From the NCBI GenBank assembly GCA_013239625.1, contig MU053881.1, forward strand, positions 9,013,957 through 9,077,956: DNA of 64,000 bases, given 5' to 3'. Below, piece by piece: positions 1-11,330 of the stretch. Positions within the stretch are counted from its first letter, which is position 1. Each line of letters opens with the position of its first letter. The position numbers were made by a program, and so were the translations under genes. Under the pieces are notes generated by a model. The model was given only the letters and a program-made list of their open reading frames with translations, was not told the DNA's origin and made no database searches. The stretch comes from Lama guanicoe (Eukaryota).

Positions 1-1049
1 CTAAAGGAATTCTGTTTTCTCTGACGTCAGTGTGTAGGCTACACAGAGTCAAGCACTCTCTTGTGTACAGACCCATGTAACTACACATTTGCAATTATCC
101 TGAGGCTAAGGAATGTTCTAAAAAAATGAGTTCACAGCTCTCCCGGATGGAAATATGTATTTGGAATGAGATTTGCAAAACACCTGGATGATCCATCAGC
201 CTAACTACCTTCTTCTTCCAAAGAAACTCGGAGAGCCACACCAAACCCACATACGGACAGAGCTGAGAGTCGGGAACTATGAAATCGTGGGTGAGAACTT
301 TCCCAGGGTTTCTCTACACGACCAGCTGAAACTTTCCTTTCCCCTAAGCTCAGGATCACCCAGCCTACTTCTTTCCAAAAGAGATTCACTAGTGGAGATG
401 GACTGGCAGCTTCTCCATCGGAGCCAATCGGCACACTTGCCTGGCCATCCCCATGGAAAGAGACCTGGGGGTAGGCGCGGGAAGTGATGGATGACATGCA
501 GAGTGCGGTGTTTCAAGAAGGGGCCCCGAGGGGAACGTCACGTAGGTCTACCGAGTTGCCGTCTAGTTCAGATTTCTCAGGATAAAGGCGTCACTTGTAC
601 AAGCAGCACTGTGTCCTCCGCGAAGAGAGGATTTGTCTCCACAACCTTCCTGGACTGTACTGACGGACAGACGACCTGCAGGAAGGAGTGGGAAGCTCAC
701 TCACGCCTTTCTCAAAGGGGATGAACAAAAGCCTGCTTTCCACTGCCTGACAGAGACAGCTTGAAACTGGATGCGAGGTGAGTCTCCGTGCTGTAGCTTT
801 GCAAACAACCAAAACAGCAGGAATGCCACTTTTAAAGTCATTTCTGTATTCTGGAAGCAGTTGTAACGCAAATCAAAACAACAAGAAACAGGCGAGAAAA
901 CAAAACAAACACACCTCGGGTCCCAGGATTCGTTAGAGGCCTGCTCGACATGTAAGAAGGTATTTCTCTGATTTTCTCTGCTCAGCGTGGCTTTTCCCTT
1001 TATCACTTTATTTTGTTTAATTCCCATGGCCCGTTACATAGAGCACTGT

Positions 1050-1600
1050 GACATTCTATGTCCGTACGTCCACTCCCTGTAGACTGTCAACTTCTGAGGC
1101 AAAAGGACAAAGCATCGCGCTGCTCTCTGCCGTCCCTGTCCCCGCACAGTGTGACAGCCTCCTGTGGGTTCGCTCAATACCACTCTTGCCCCTCTCTCTA
1201 ATCCTTTATCCACATGGTAGTCAAAACGATCTTTTAAAAAACAGATCTGGCCATGACACCCCCTTCTTAAAAATCCTTTGCTGGCTTCCCCTTTTTCTGC
1301 GGATGGAGTCCATACCCCCTCCAAGATGGCCCGGGAACTCTTGCTGGATCTGGTCCTTGCCTGCTTCTGCCCATCTGCTTCACTCCTCTCTCCTGCTCCT
1401 CCTCTCTGCCCCAGCAGCCTTGTCCTTCCATTGCTCGGAGCACACTCTTCCCCTCCCAGTCCACACACGTTCCTCCTCTCCCTCCCTTCCCCGACCCCTT
1501 CCCCCAGTTACCTGCTATTAATCAGTTCACTTCTTTAGGGAAGCCTTTCCTGATCTCATATTCAAGTCAGGTGCCCCTGATGTTACACGCTGTCGTCCTA
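1050..1600 (+). mobile_element. L2 LINE 3' fragments (old, diverged)
   Basis: Contains 'tagactgtcaacttctgaggcaaaagg...cccgcacagtg' and 'tccacatggtagtcaaaacgatcttttaaaaaacagatctggccatgacacccccttcttaaaaatcctt', both resembling the L2 3' consensus. Confidence 0.7.
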
Positions 1601-2979
1601 GCCTATAAATTTACCTCTAAGACCTTCCCAAAGCACATTCTCTGATACACTGGTAGAATATGATATCATCGCATCAGAAAATGGTAAGTCCGAAGTTCTG
1701 AGAAATCTTCTAAAGAGCCATACTGTGGAAGGGGAATTCTATCTCCCTTCAGGAAATAAGGTGTCAGTCCAGACGTACTTCTGGAGGTGGGGGTGGCAGT
1801 TAGAATCTATCATCATACTAAATCAGCCACCCACATCATTTTTACTTAAAAAAAAAAAAAGCCCCAGGCTGGTTAATGAGTTTAATACTCAAAAAGGCTC
1901 CCAGAGGTCTAGAAGAAGGATCAAAGGGGAGGTGTAGTGCTTTAATACAGTGCAGTTTCAAAGCCTTAATTGCCCATTCTTGAGCAACTGCCTCTATGGT
2001 ACATCCGTCATCCCAGCAGAAATGTTAGGTCGCCACAAACCTAGCACACCCGGACTCAGCCCCTTTACAATCAGACTCACAACTTCCGAGAACGCTCGAG
2101 TCAAAAGAAGAGGACCATTGCTGGGTGGCAAGGGCAACGCCATCATCAAGAATTATTCAGTTGCGCCAGGAGTCAAGGGGAGAGATGTCGCTCTGAGAAT
2201 CAGACCCCCTAACCAGCAGGTGTCGCTGGAACCCTTGACGCGCTCAGCACCTTTACACTAACACCAGCTGAAACACAGAAGAGCACAGGGCTAAACCATC
2301 CTGGCGTAGCAACAGGGGAAGCGGGATGGAGGACCTGCATTCACCGAGCACCTGTTCTGCACCAATCCCTCTGTCAGGGGCTTTATGGCCAGTTTATCAA
2401 CTGCATCAACTTGTCCCTTGACTCAGTCTTTCTTCCCTCAGTGTTCTCCAGGAAGGCTGATAACTTTCCCCCTAAATAACGCACCAATCCTGCAAGTAAC
2501 TCCTTTATGCCTTTTCACATAAAAAAAAAATCATCTCCATTACTTTTGACAAAGTCTACTACACCTGATCAAAGCAGAAGGGGGATTATTATGACAGCGA
2601 TGATGGTGATGGTGATGGTGATGAATTTATCAGAATGTGCAATGGAGCTAGGAATCCAGCCAGCTCCAGATCCCAATTTTGTCCCCAGATTTTCTCCTTC
2701 AAAAAAATGGGGGATGACTTCCTCATTGATCTAATACACATGGTCTAAGATTTGGGGTAAAAAGCAAAGATACTCATTGAAAAATAGAGCTATCAAATGC
2801 TCACACACATCACTGGCTGACCCAACTCTGCTCCTCCCTCCTCTCAGGCTGACCTGGAAGATGTGGGTCCTAGGACTCAGCACTGAATTTGTACAACTAC
2901 TCAGCCTTTATAAATCTCTCTCTTTCCACCACTTTCATTTCCTCCTGTTCATCTAATCATGGATACTTGAACATTCTTT

Positions 2980-3053
2980 ATGTATATACATATTTAAAAG
3001 ACAAACTTATTTACAAAACAAAAACAGACTCACAGACATAGAAAACAAACTTA
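2980..3053. mobile_element. 74-bp rearranged L1 3'UTR insertion between 12-bp direct repeats
   Basis: 'aaaagacaaacttatttacaaaacaaaaacagactcacagacatagaaaacaaactta' matches the L1 3'UTR also seen at ~13703-13760 and ~29725-29765. It is flanked by tgaacattcttt at 2968-2979 and 3054-3065. Confidence 0.75.
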
Positions 3054-3189
3054 TGAACATTCTTTTTGCCCTAACCTATAGTAAGGCATAAGTTTTTGAA
3101 AGACAGGAATCATGTCTCATTTATCACAATTTCCGTCAGTTCTTAGCATAATGCCTTGTATACTCCTTGTCCTAAATAACAATTTTTCC

Positions 3190-3300
3190 CTATAAGGAAA
3201 AATATGAAAATGAATATATGTATGTATATATATGCCTGAAGCATTGTGCTGAAATTGACACAACAATGCAAACTGACTCTACTTCAATTAAAAAAAAAAA
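3190..3300 (+). mobile_element. L1 extreme 3' end with poly(A) tail
   Basis: 'aaaatgaatatatgtatg...aattgacacaacaatgcaaactgactctacttcaatt' followed by poly(A); same family as 13530-14030. Confidence 0.85.
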
Positions 3301-4774
3301 CCATGTTTTCACTTTTGTCTCAGTTTCTTTTCTGCTACAGTAAAATACTCAATTTCAGTAGACATGTAATGAAATCAGTATCATTTGATTCTTTTTAAAA
3401 AATAAAGGTACAGATACAAAAATGTGAATTGTTCTTATTTTACTGAAAAAACCGGAAGCTTTCACAGACTGAAATTTCTTTACACATCAACACCTTAGAC
3501 AGGGGACAGTGAGCCTCAATGGAATTACAAAAGCTTCCCAACGCATACCAGAAAATAATTTAATCTGAGCGTGGGGTGGGGAGAATTCTATATACTCTTC
3601 TTACCAGAAAAGAGAATTAAAGAGAAAATACAATACCGACCAACGTGAAAAAGCTTCTGTTAACTGAAGAAAAACAGACAACAAATTCTGCAGCAGGAAG
3701 TAATGTGTGGTAGCACTTTTTCAAAAAGAATATTCTATGGGAGGTGGAGGTTACAGAAGGTTAAACTAGACGTTTATCCTAGAAATCTTTAGGAAAGACT
3801 GATCACGTAACTAAAGGTTTCTGGCAGTTTGGAAAGTAGCAGAAATTAGCCAGAGAAGCTTCACGGGGACCCTGTGCACAACCTGAAAATGTGCAAAAAA
3901 GAGGGGCTGAAACAAAACGCAGTGTGTCACTTAAGATCATACGAAACAGAGACGAGAACAGGAACACGCACTCATCATGATGAGACTTCAGCACTAGGAT
4001 CACCTAATTCATGAAAGGACCGAACAGGAAAGTCATAGGATCCTGTCGACACTGAAGACCAAATCCACAGCAAGTCACCAAGAAGCAAATTCAGTCCTTA
4101 GTCCCCTCAGATGAAAGGATGACATCTTTCTTTCCCCCAGAGGGGAAACATCCCCATGCCCCCATGATCAAATGACTCAGAAAGGGCCCAACAGATGTGA
4201 CTGACGTTTCAGCTGAGTATAAGCTTGAGGCGTGACAGCCCAGGGGCGTATCTTTGAGAAAGTTAGAGGGGAACATAAATAGATTTTTTAGAATTTTTTA
4301 GAATCTTTCAGCATAGGTTAATGGAAGATATGTTATCACTAACGTGGGCAGGGAAAATGGAGAACTGATATATGCAGTCACCCAGGCTTCATAGAAAAAC
4401 GGCCAGTCTTTACGGAAGATTTGCAGAATATTTAAAAAAGACACAGAAGGAAGGGCTTTACGTTTTAAAATGTGTCTATTTCCATTGAGTCTGCCAGGCC
4501 CATAATCGAAGTCACTGGAGTCGATCATTTGCCCCCTGCTAATTCTTTCTCCACAGGGTGCCTTGAGAGGCGGTGTTTAGATCTTTTTGTTTTGCTTGGT
4601 TATTTTTTTTTGTTTGTTTGGCTTTAACGCAAAGCTGAGCATACGCCGGCTGCCTTCTGCCCCAGACAGACTTGTAAATATCCTCTCCACGTAACTCTGT
4701 GTCTTCACGGCTCCTCCCACGATTTCAACGGCATATCTATTTACTTACTATGCATTGTTTTCATCAGCTCAAGC

Positions 4775-5162
4775 TGATGAGATATTCAGGCTGGAATAAG
4801 TATCAGAGGCTGGCTGGCTTAAACAACAAGCATACGTTTCTCCCATGTCTGGAGACTGGAAGTCTGAGATCGGGGTGCCGCCACGGCTGGGTGCTGGTGA
4901 GCCCAGCACCTGCTTTGTAAAGGGCCACCTTCTCACTCTGGCCTCACACGCCACAGAGAGAACTCAGTTCTGGTCTTTTCATCCCCTTATAAGGGGACTA
5001 ACCCCTACAGGGGGGCTCCACCCTCAACACCTCATCCAAACCTGATTACCTGCCAAAGGCCTCAACTCCAATTATCATCACACTGGGGATGAGGGATTCA
5101 ACACATGGATTTTTTTTTGCAGGGGGAGGAGATGGGGTTGGCACAAATGTCCATCTATAGCG
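4775..5162 (-). mobile_element. MaLR solo LTR (MLT1A/B-like)
   Basis: 'ggcttaaacaacaagc...tctggagactggaagtctgagatc...cctgattacctgccaaaggcc...cacactggggatgagggattcaacacatg' is typical reverse-strand MLT1. Confidence 0.85.
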
Positions 5163-5199
5163 TTCACCTTCCCTATAAGATTATAAGCTTCAGGAGGTC

Positions 5200-5300
5200 A
5201 GGGAACTGTATTTTGCTCCCTGCTACAGCCTTCAGGCCTTGCACTGTACCTGGGACAGTGTAGGTGTTTGATAAAGATTTATGGGACGTATGAATGAAAA
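5200..5300 (+). mobile_element. L2 3' terminus
   Basis: 'cactgtacctgggacagtgtaggtgtttgataaagatttatgggacgtatgaatgaa' matches the L2 terminal motif. Confidence 0.7.
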
Positions 5301-5333
5301 AAATGTCTGTAATCCTCTCTGCTGTCTCCTTGC

Positions 5334-5371
5334 TACACACACACACAAACACACACACACATACACACACA
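5334..5371. repeat. (CA)n microsatellite, imperfect
   Basis: acacacacacacaaacacacacacacatacacacaca. Confidence 0.95.
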
Positions 5372-5374
5372 GAC

Positions 5375-5580
5375 CATGTTTTTTTCTAGGTTCATCCATG
5401 TGTAGCATGTATCAGTAGTGGTTCATTCCTTTTTGTGGCCTAATAGTATGCTGTGGACATAAATATATCACCTCATTTTCCTCCATCCACCAGGTGATGA
5501 ACATTTGGATTGTTCCTCGTTGGGGGCGCTTAGGCTCTTGTGAACATTCACATGCGTTTCTTTGCATGGATATAGAAAAT
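5375..5580 (-). mobile_element. old L1 (L1M-type) 3' fragment
   Basis: 'ggttcatccatgtgtagcatgtatcagtag...catccaccaggtgatgaacatttggattg...gtgaacattca' is antisense L1M 3' sequence. Confidence 0.8.
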
Positions 5581-6399
5581 CTCTAGGGGAAACTAGATTA
5601 TCCAATTACAACCTGGGAAACGTTAAAAAGTAAAACTGCTTTAAAAAATGTTACCATTTCTATGTTTCCACAGACTCTCTTTTGAGTGGCTCATGAACTG
5701 TGTGGAGTCCAGCTCTCTTGACATTACAAATGAGTAATTAAGCTCCACAGCGTCCATCTAACTCAAGAAGGAAGTAGGCAGGTGCCATGTGAGCTGTAAG
5801 TGGCCTGGGTCTTAGCACAGGTTTTTAAGTAATCAAAGCTCTCGGCACGTTTGTAGTTGGTTCTGCACCATTTCGATGAGCGGGCAGGAGTCTGGTCTCT
5901 CCTTCGTGCCGCCCTCAAGGGGCCGCGGTGTTTGTCATTCATCTTTGGAATCCTCACAGTGCCCACCCTGGAGCTGCGCACAAAGCAAGTAATTGACACA
6001 CTTGCCTTCATCTATGTATTAATGTTAAAACTGGGTTGGACGTGCTGGGTTACACTTTAGAAGAGATGATTTCTAGTGAAAGAAAGACTCCTAGGGTGGA
6101 TCTGCCAACCTCAGATCCACTTAAAGTGGCCCCATGGGGACTTTTGACGTGGCTGGAGGGGGGCCACAGGGCTTGCTGTGGAAGCTGAGTGCAAATGCCT
6201 GCTTCCCCGTTAGAGACGGAGCGAGGCCACCCGGCATCGTGGGAAGAGCATGGGTCTGAGTCTCGGCCCTAGAAACGTTTCTCCAACTGAGCGCTTTCTT
6301 ATAAGCTTTTGTTTCCCAATTCAAATTCCTGCCTTTCCAGTTGTTGTGACGTCCAGAAATAATGCACTGAAAGTGATAAGCACAGCTCGGGGCACATGA

Positions 6400-6885
6400 G
6401 CATCTATGAAGTGGCCGTGAAGAGGTCCACACAAAGAAACGCAGGTAGATGTTAGACAAGATCATCATAGCCCCAAACTGGAAAAAATTCAAGTGTCCAT
6501 CACCTGGTGGATAGATAAAGCGAAGGCGGTGTATCTGTGTCCAGGGCGTACCACGCAGCCACAGAAAGGACTGCATTACCGGTACCTGCTACACCACGAC
6601 GAACCACGGGAACATCACGCTACACAGTGCATCATTCTGTTGGTAAGAAGTGTCCGGAAAAGGCACGTTCCTAGAGGCAAAAGGTGGTGGTGACTGAGGG
6701 CTGAGAGTGGGAGTGCAGACTAACACCCAATGAACAGGAGGACATTCTTGGATGAGGGAAATGCTCTAGAAGCAGAGTACGTTGATGGTTGTACACCTCC
6801 AGGAATGTGATCAAATAAATCATAGGATTGTATACTTACAATGGGTGAGTCTTATGGTATGTAAATTGCACCTCCACAAAGCTTT
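6400..6885 (+). mobile_element. old L1 (L1MC/L1ME-type) 3' end
   Basis: 'atagccccaaactggaaaaaattcaagtgtccatc...gatggttgtacac...atgggtgagtcttatggtatgtaaattgcacctccacaaagct'. Confidence 0.85.
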
Positions 6886-9374
6886 TTTCTTCTTTTTCTT
6901 TGAAGCCTGTTAGAATGTTGAGGGAAAATGAAGAAATCCCGTTGCACTGCATACTGGGAGATGGGTCTCAGATGGAGCTCTGCACAGAAGCTGACATCAC
7001 ATTAAGGCAGTGCCTTCTCTGGGCAAAGTGATGACAGAGCTGACATTTTCTGGGACTCCTGGGAAACACCCCGACTCCTTCAAAGAGCAGGCAACCAGCC
7101 AGAGTCACAGGGCCCCTGGAGCCAATGTCCGCAGAACTGCTGGCCTGGGGGATGTTGCCTCTCTTAGGGGCAACCAGAGAGCTGTCACCGGGACGATTTT
7201 GCAATGAGAAATTTTGGTCCTTCCTATTCCAGCCTTCTTTCCAATTTCCTCTGATTGTAATTCTTAACTAACGGCAGGCAGCTAATTTAAGAAGTATTTG
7301 TATGACCTACTAGGCTGATGAGAATCGACACAGGGGTTGTTGGCTGTTACCTGTCCAGAAAGGTGTTCCCAGAGAGACAGGTGATGCTGACACGGGCGCT
7401 GGGTGTCACGTGGCAACAAAAAGGTGCCTGGAAGCCCATTAGTCAGCCACAAACACAGAGGTTCCAATAAAAGAGGAATAATTGACATATTAAAATCTAT
7501 AGGTCCCAGGAGGATACTAAACCCATCACATTATTATTATTTTTATTATTTTTTAAAGAGAGAAAGGCCGCTGCCCACAATACATCAATTAAACCCTGCC
7601 ATTTCCCCGAAGCTGTCAGCTGTGGCAAGGCTGCCAGAAGTCCTCCTCCTCTGAGGGTGTCTTGAAAATGAGCACCTGGGGCAGCCAGCACTATTAATAG
7701 GTGGAGGGAACGATATAAAATGTCACAATGCACCTTCCCAAATAAAAACGTGTCCAGGCTTCTCGGGGAGGGGAGGAAAAGAGGAAAATGGCCCAAAGTA
7801 CTTCAGGAATGATTGCATTTTCCTTCCTCTGAACTCCGACTATATATTACAGGCGAGCGCCTGTCACTTCCAAGGTGTCTGGCCTCTGTCACTGCGGTTC
7901 TGCAGAGTTCCATAACTCGCGCACGGCCGGCCGGGCCTTCTTGCTTCATGCTTCTCACAGTGGGGGCCAGGGAGGCATTGCTTCCACTCCAGCAGGAAGA
8001 GTAAGTGGGCAGAAGTGAGGACTGGCACTAAGTACAGCAGTGAGGAAGGGCTGGGGGTCTCCTGACACCTCCTCCCCTGCTTGGTGCGCCACCCAGACAG
8101 GGGACAGAACCTTGGGGACCCCCCGCCCCCCAGTTCACCAGCATGTATCAGGTATACTCAGCTTCCCCGGATATGCCTCTGGATGGATTTCAGAATCATC
8201 GCCATGAATTTCTTTTCAGCAGGACGCTCTCCCGAGAAGACTGAATAAACAGATTCTTTATATGGAGAAAATCAGTTTCAGTTCTTGCTGATTTCTAGAA
8301 TTTAACCTTGACATTCAAGAGCTGGGTGAGCCTAGGCAGGTCACTGAACGGCTTTATACATCAGTTCCTCCAATTATAAAATAAGGTACTCCAACGCCGT
8401 GATTATTCAAGCTCCCCTCGAGTTTTAAAATTCCTGGATTGTATCAGTGAGGTAAGAATTTTGCCCCTGGAAGAGACTCAAGAAAGCTCTCAAGGAGGGG
8501 TAAGGTCAGTAGTCACTGCTTCAGCGGAGGCTGATTAAAAGATCCGCTCTTTCTTTCTTCTTTGTTTAATAGCAAAAGTTGCTCTATTTTCCTCCAACCC
8601 AAGTATCAAGCTTCCAGTTGCTCTAATTTAACTTTATTACTCTTTTGTCTTGTCAATAAGAACATAATAGTGTCCTTAAAGAAAATGACAGCTTTTTTTC
8701 TTTTGCTTTGAGGTTTATTTCAAACAATTCTCATTCTTCCTAATGAGGCTGATCCGTGTTTGTAGTTACATATTGTGTTCTTCTAATGGGGAGGTTTTCA
8801 AACACAGAGAAGCAAAAGAAAAGGCAGCTTCCTTTCCCTTATTTATTTTTTTGCTGCCTTTTGGTCACTTCAAATAGTTACCTTATCCATCATTTACGAA
8901 CCATGGGCTTCTTGCAACGCAGTGCATTTTGAGGATGGTGCGTCACTCGTCTGTCTTTCGATAAATGAGGTCTTGCCTGGACAGTCAATGTGGCCGAATC
9001 ACCCCTCCTTCTGAGGCCCTGGGTCCCCCCGTGTTTTCTTCCACAAATAGTAGGGGACCAGCAGCTTTCAAGCTTTTTGACCAGGTTTCATGTAGGGAGA
9101 CAGGATGCATTAATTGGCATATTGGAACTACCACCGAGGCACCATTAGCCAACAATTATTGGTCTCTTAAACTCTGGCCACTGCTGCCCCCCAGTTAGCA
9201 GACTCCCGGGATTTATACTAAAAGAAAAAGCAACCATGTGTGCCTGCTTGGTTTTTTCCCTCAGTGTTGTGATGCATCCAAGGATTTGGATTGCTAAAGA
9301 TGTTGGCAGCTCAGAATGGGTATCATATTCTAAGGACCTGGGTGACAAACATGGATGAGGGGAGAACACAGATA

Positions 9375-9581
9375 CACTTGTCTCTCTGTATACAATGGGT
9401 ATCGATTCCAGGACCCATTGTGGATCCCAGCATCTGCAGATGCTCAAGTCCCATAGTTGGTCCACTGTATCCAAAGATCCTGCATCGCAGATTCCACCAG
9501 CCTAGGATGCTAAACACAGTAGACAACTTGTGACTGGCTGAATCCACAGATGCAGAACCCACGAATGCTGAAGGCAGGCTG
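9375..9581 (+). mobile_element. Tigger-derived MITE (MER2-like, TcMar)
   Basis: 'gattccaggaccc...gatgctcaagtccc...tgaatccacagatgcagaacccacgaatgctgaaggcaggctg', flanked by TA dinucleotides at 9373-9374 and 9582-9583. Confidence 0.8.
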
Positions 9582-10829
9582 TACCCAACTCTGCAAACAT
9601 GCTTTCTTTCAGCCCACTTCTTCCTTTCCCTTTTCTTTACCAGGCTCCTCTTCCCCAGTTCACTGAAGGAAATCACCCTCTTAACTCCCCACTTGATTTG
9701 ACAACTTCAGTTGAGCTCTGACGGCAGCTGCTAATTACGAGCCACATGGACACACACTAGCAAGCAGAAGCGAACGTGTGTTGGATCAAGAGCCTTAGAA
9801 CTCAGAAAGGAATTTTTTTTTTTTTTGGATGAGCTTTCTGACTTTAAGCCCATGAACTTCAGTTTTCTTTTTGATACTATGCAGGGGTTGGGCCAAGTAC
9901 CTTTTAGGATTCCATCCACATCTAAATTCTATGCTAGGTTCTATAGGAATAAAAACGAAAGTTAAAGAGACAGAGAAGCAAAAGGCTTGGCTGGGAAAGT
10001 GGGAATCACTCGGAGAAATGTGGCAATAAGTTAATGTGATGGTCAGACCATAAAATCTCCAAAGCTCAGTGTAAGAAAACCCTAGGCCCAAAGTGCAGTT
10101 GGTCCAGGCTCCTGATGAGGGGGCAGACTGATGATCACTAGTTTGGCAACAACGTGCAAGACGTGGTTAGAAGGTTGTTGTTGGAAAGAAAGGAGTGCTC
10201 GAGGTGGCGAGGGCCTGGACCCTGGGAAGGATGCTCATTCACTGTTCTCTCATCCAATGGAAACAGAAAGCGACTCAAAGTTCCATGGGGGGCCAGAGCC
10301 CTGCAGGTTTACAGGCTTAGCAACAATCTCTAGGAATAGTTAACAGGTGCCGGACGAATGCAAGCTTCAGTTATAGATAGTTCTCGATACGCTGAGAATG
10401 AGGGACTGAAGATACCAAAGAGCCCACGGGGCTGACTTTTCTCTTCTGGAGAGATGAGAAGATGGGCATGGCCCCGCTGGGATGCCGGAGAAGGGAGACT
10501 GGTAACAGAAGGCACAAGTAGGTAATGGAAGCCAGAAGTCATGACGGTACTTCCAGTACGTTGACGCTGGGGTGACAGGAGACTCTGGAGATGAAGGAAG
10601 GTGGCACCCATCCCCGGGAAGAACTGGTGGCGAGGTGACAGCTGAAGCCGGCCGGCCACAACACGGCCACTTCTCGCAGACGGCCTCAAGACAGGAAATG
10701 CTCCCGAGAACTACCATCTGAAGTCCTTGAACCTGAACCGACCAGGCAATTTCTCCACTAATTCCCTTTTGAAGACCATCCATTGTATTTTCTCTTTACC
10801 TCATCCTTTCTTAACCCCCTTCTTCAATG

Positions 10830-11330
10830 TCTGTTCGTTCAACCAAGATTTGTTGAGTACCCATCAGAGACAAGCTCAGTTACAGATGCTGGAGGAAACA
10901 GAGGCCACAAAGTGCCAACCCTTTAGGGAGCTTACTTTTGATAGTAAGAAGGTTAAGGAGATTTAGAAGAAAGTGGATTATCACAATGGAAGGAAGAGTG
11001 AATGGTGGAGATGGTGAAGCCAGTGGGGGTCATGGCAGGTTTCTTCAAGGAGGTAACATTTGAGCTCAGATGGAACTTTTCAAATTGAAGAGAAAGAAGC
11101 CATGGAGTGACAGGGGAGGGATGTGTCGGAAAGAGGCAACAGGGGCCCTGGTTTTCAGATGGGCGTGTCTTTGGTGTATGTGCAGGGTCTAAAGGAGGCT
11201 CGTGTGGCTGGAGCCCAGTTAGCCAAAGGGGTTGCAGGTACTGATGAGGTCAAAGCGGGAGGGGTAGATGCAGGGCTCACCAAGAAGGAGTGAAGGAGCA
11301 GATGAAGGATGCTTTTTCTCAGTAAGAGAA
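10830..11330 (-). mobile_element. L2 fragment
   Basis: 'ttcaaccaagatttgttgagtacc...ggagcttac...ggaggtaacatttgagctcaga...gtgtggctggagc' is antisense L2. Confidence 0.75.

Noticed and set aside
1034..1538. Overlapping 144-157 aa ORFs
   Set aside because: They lie in a pyrimidine-rich L2 fossil and give low-complexity translations.
10330..10783. 119-138 aa minus-strand ORFs in a GC-richer patch
   Set aside because: No recognisable domain or convincing splice boundaries; the lengths are compatible with chance.
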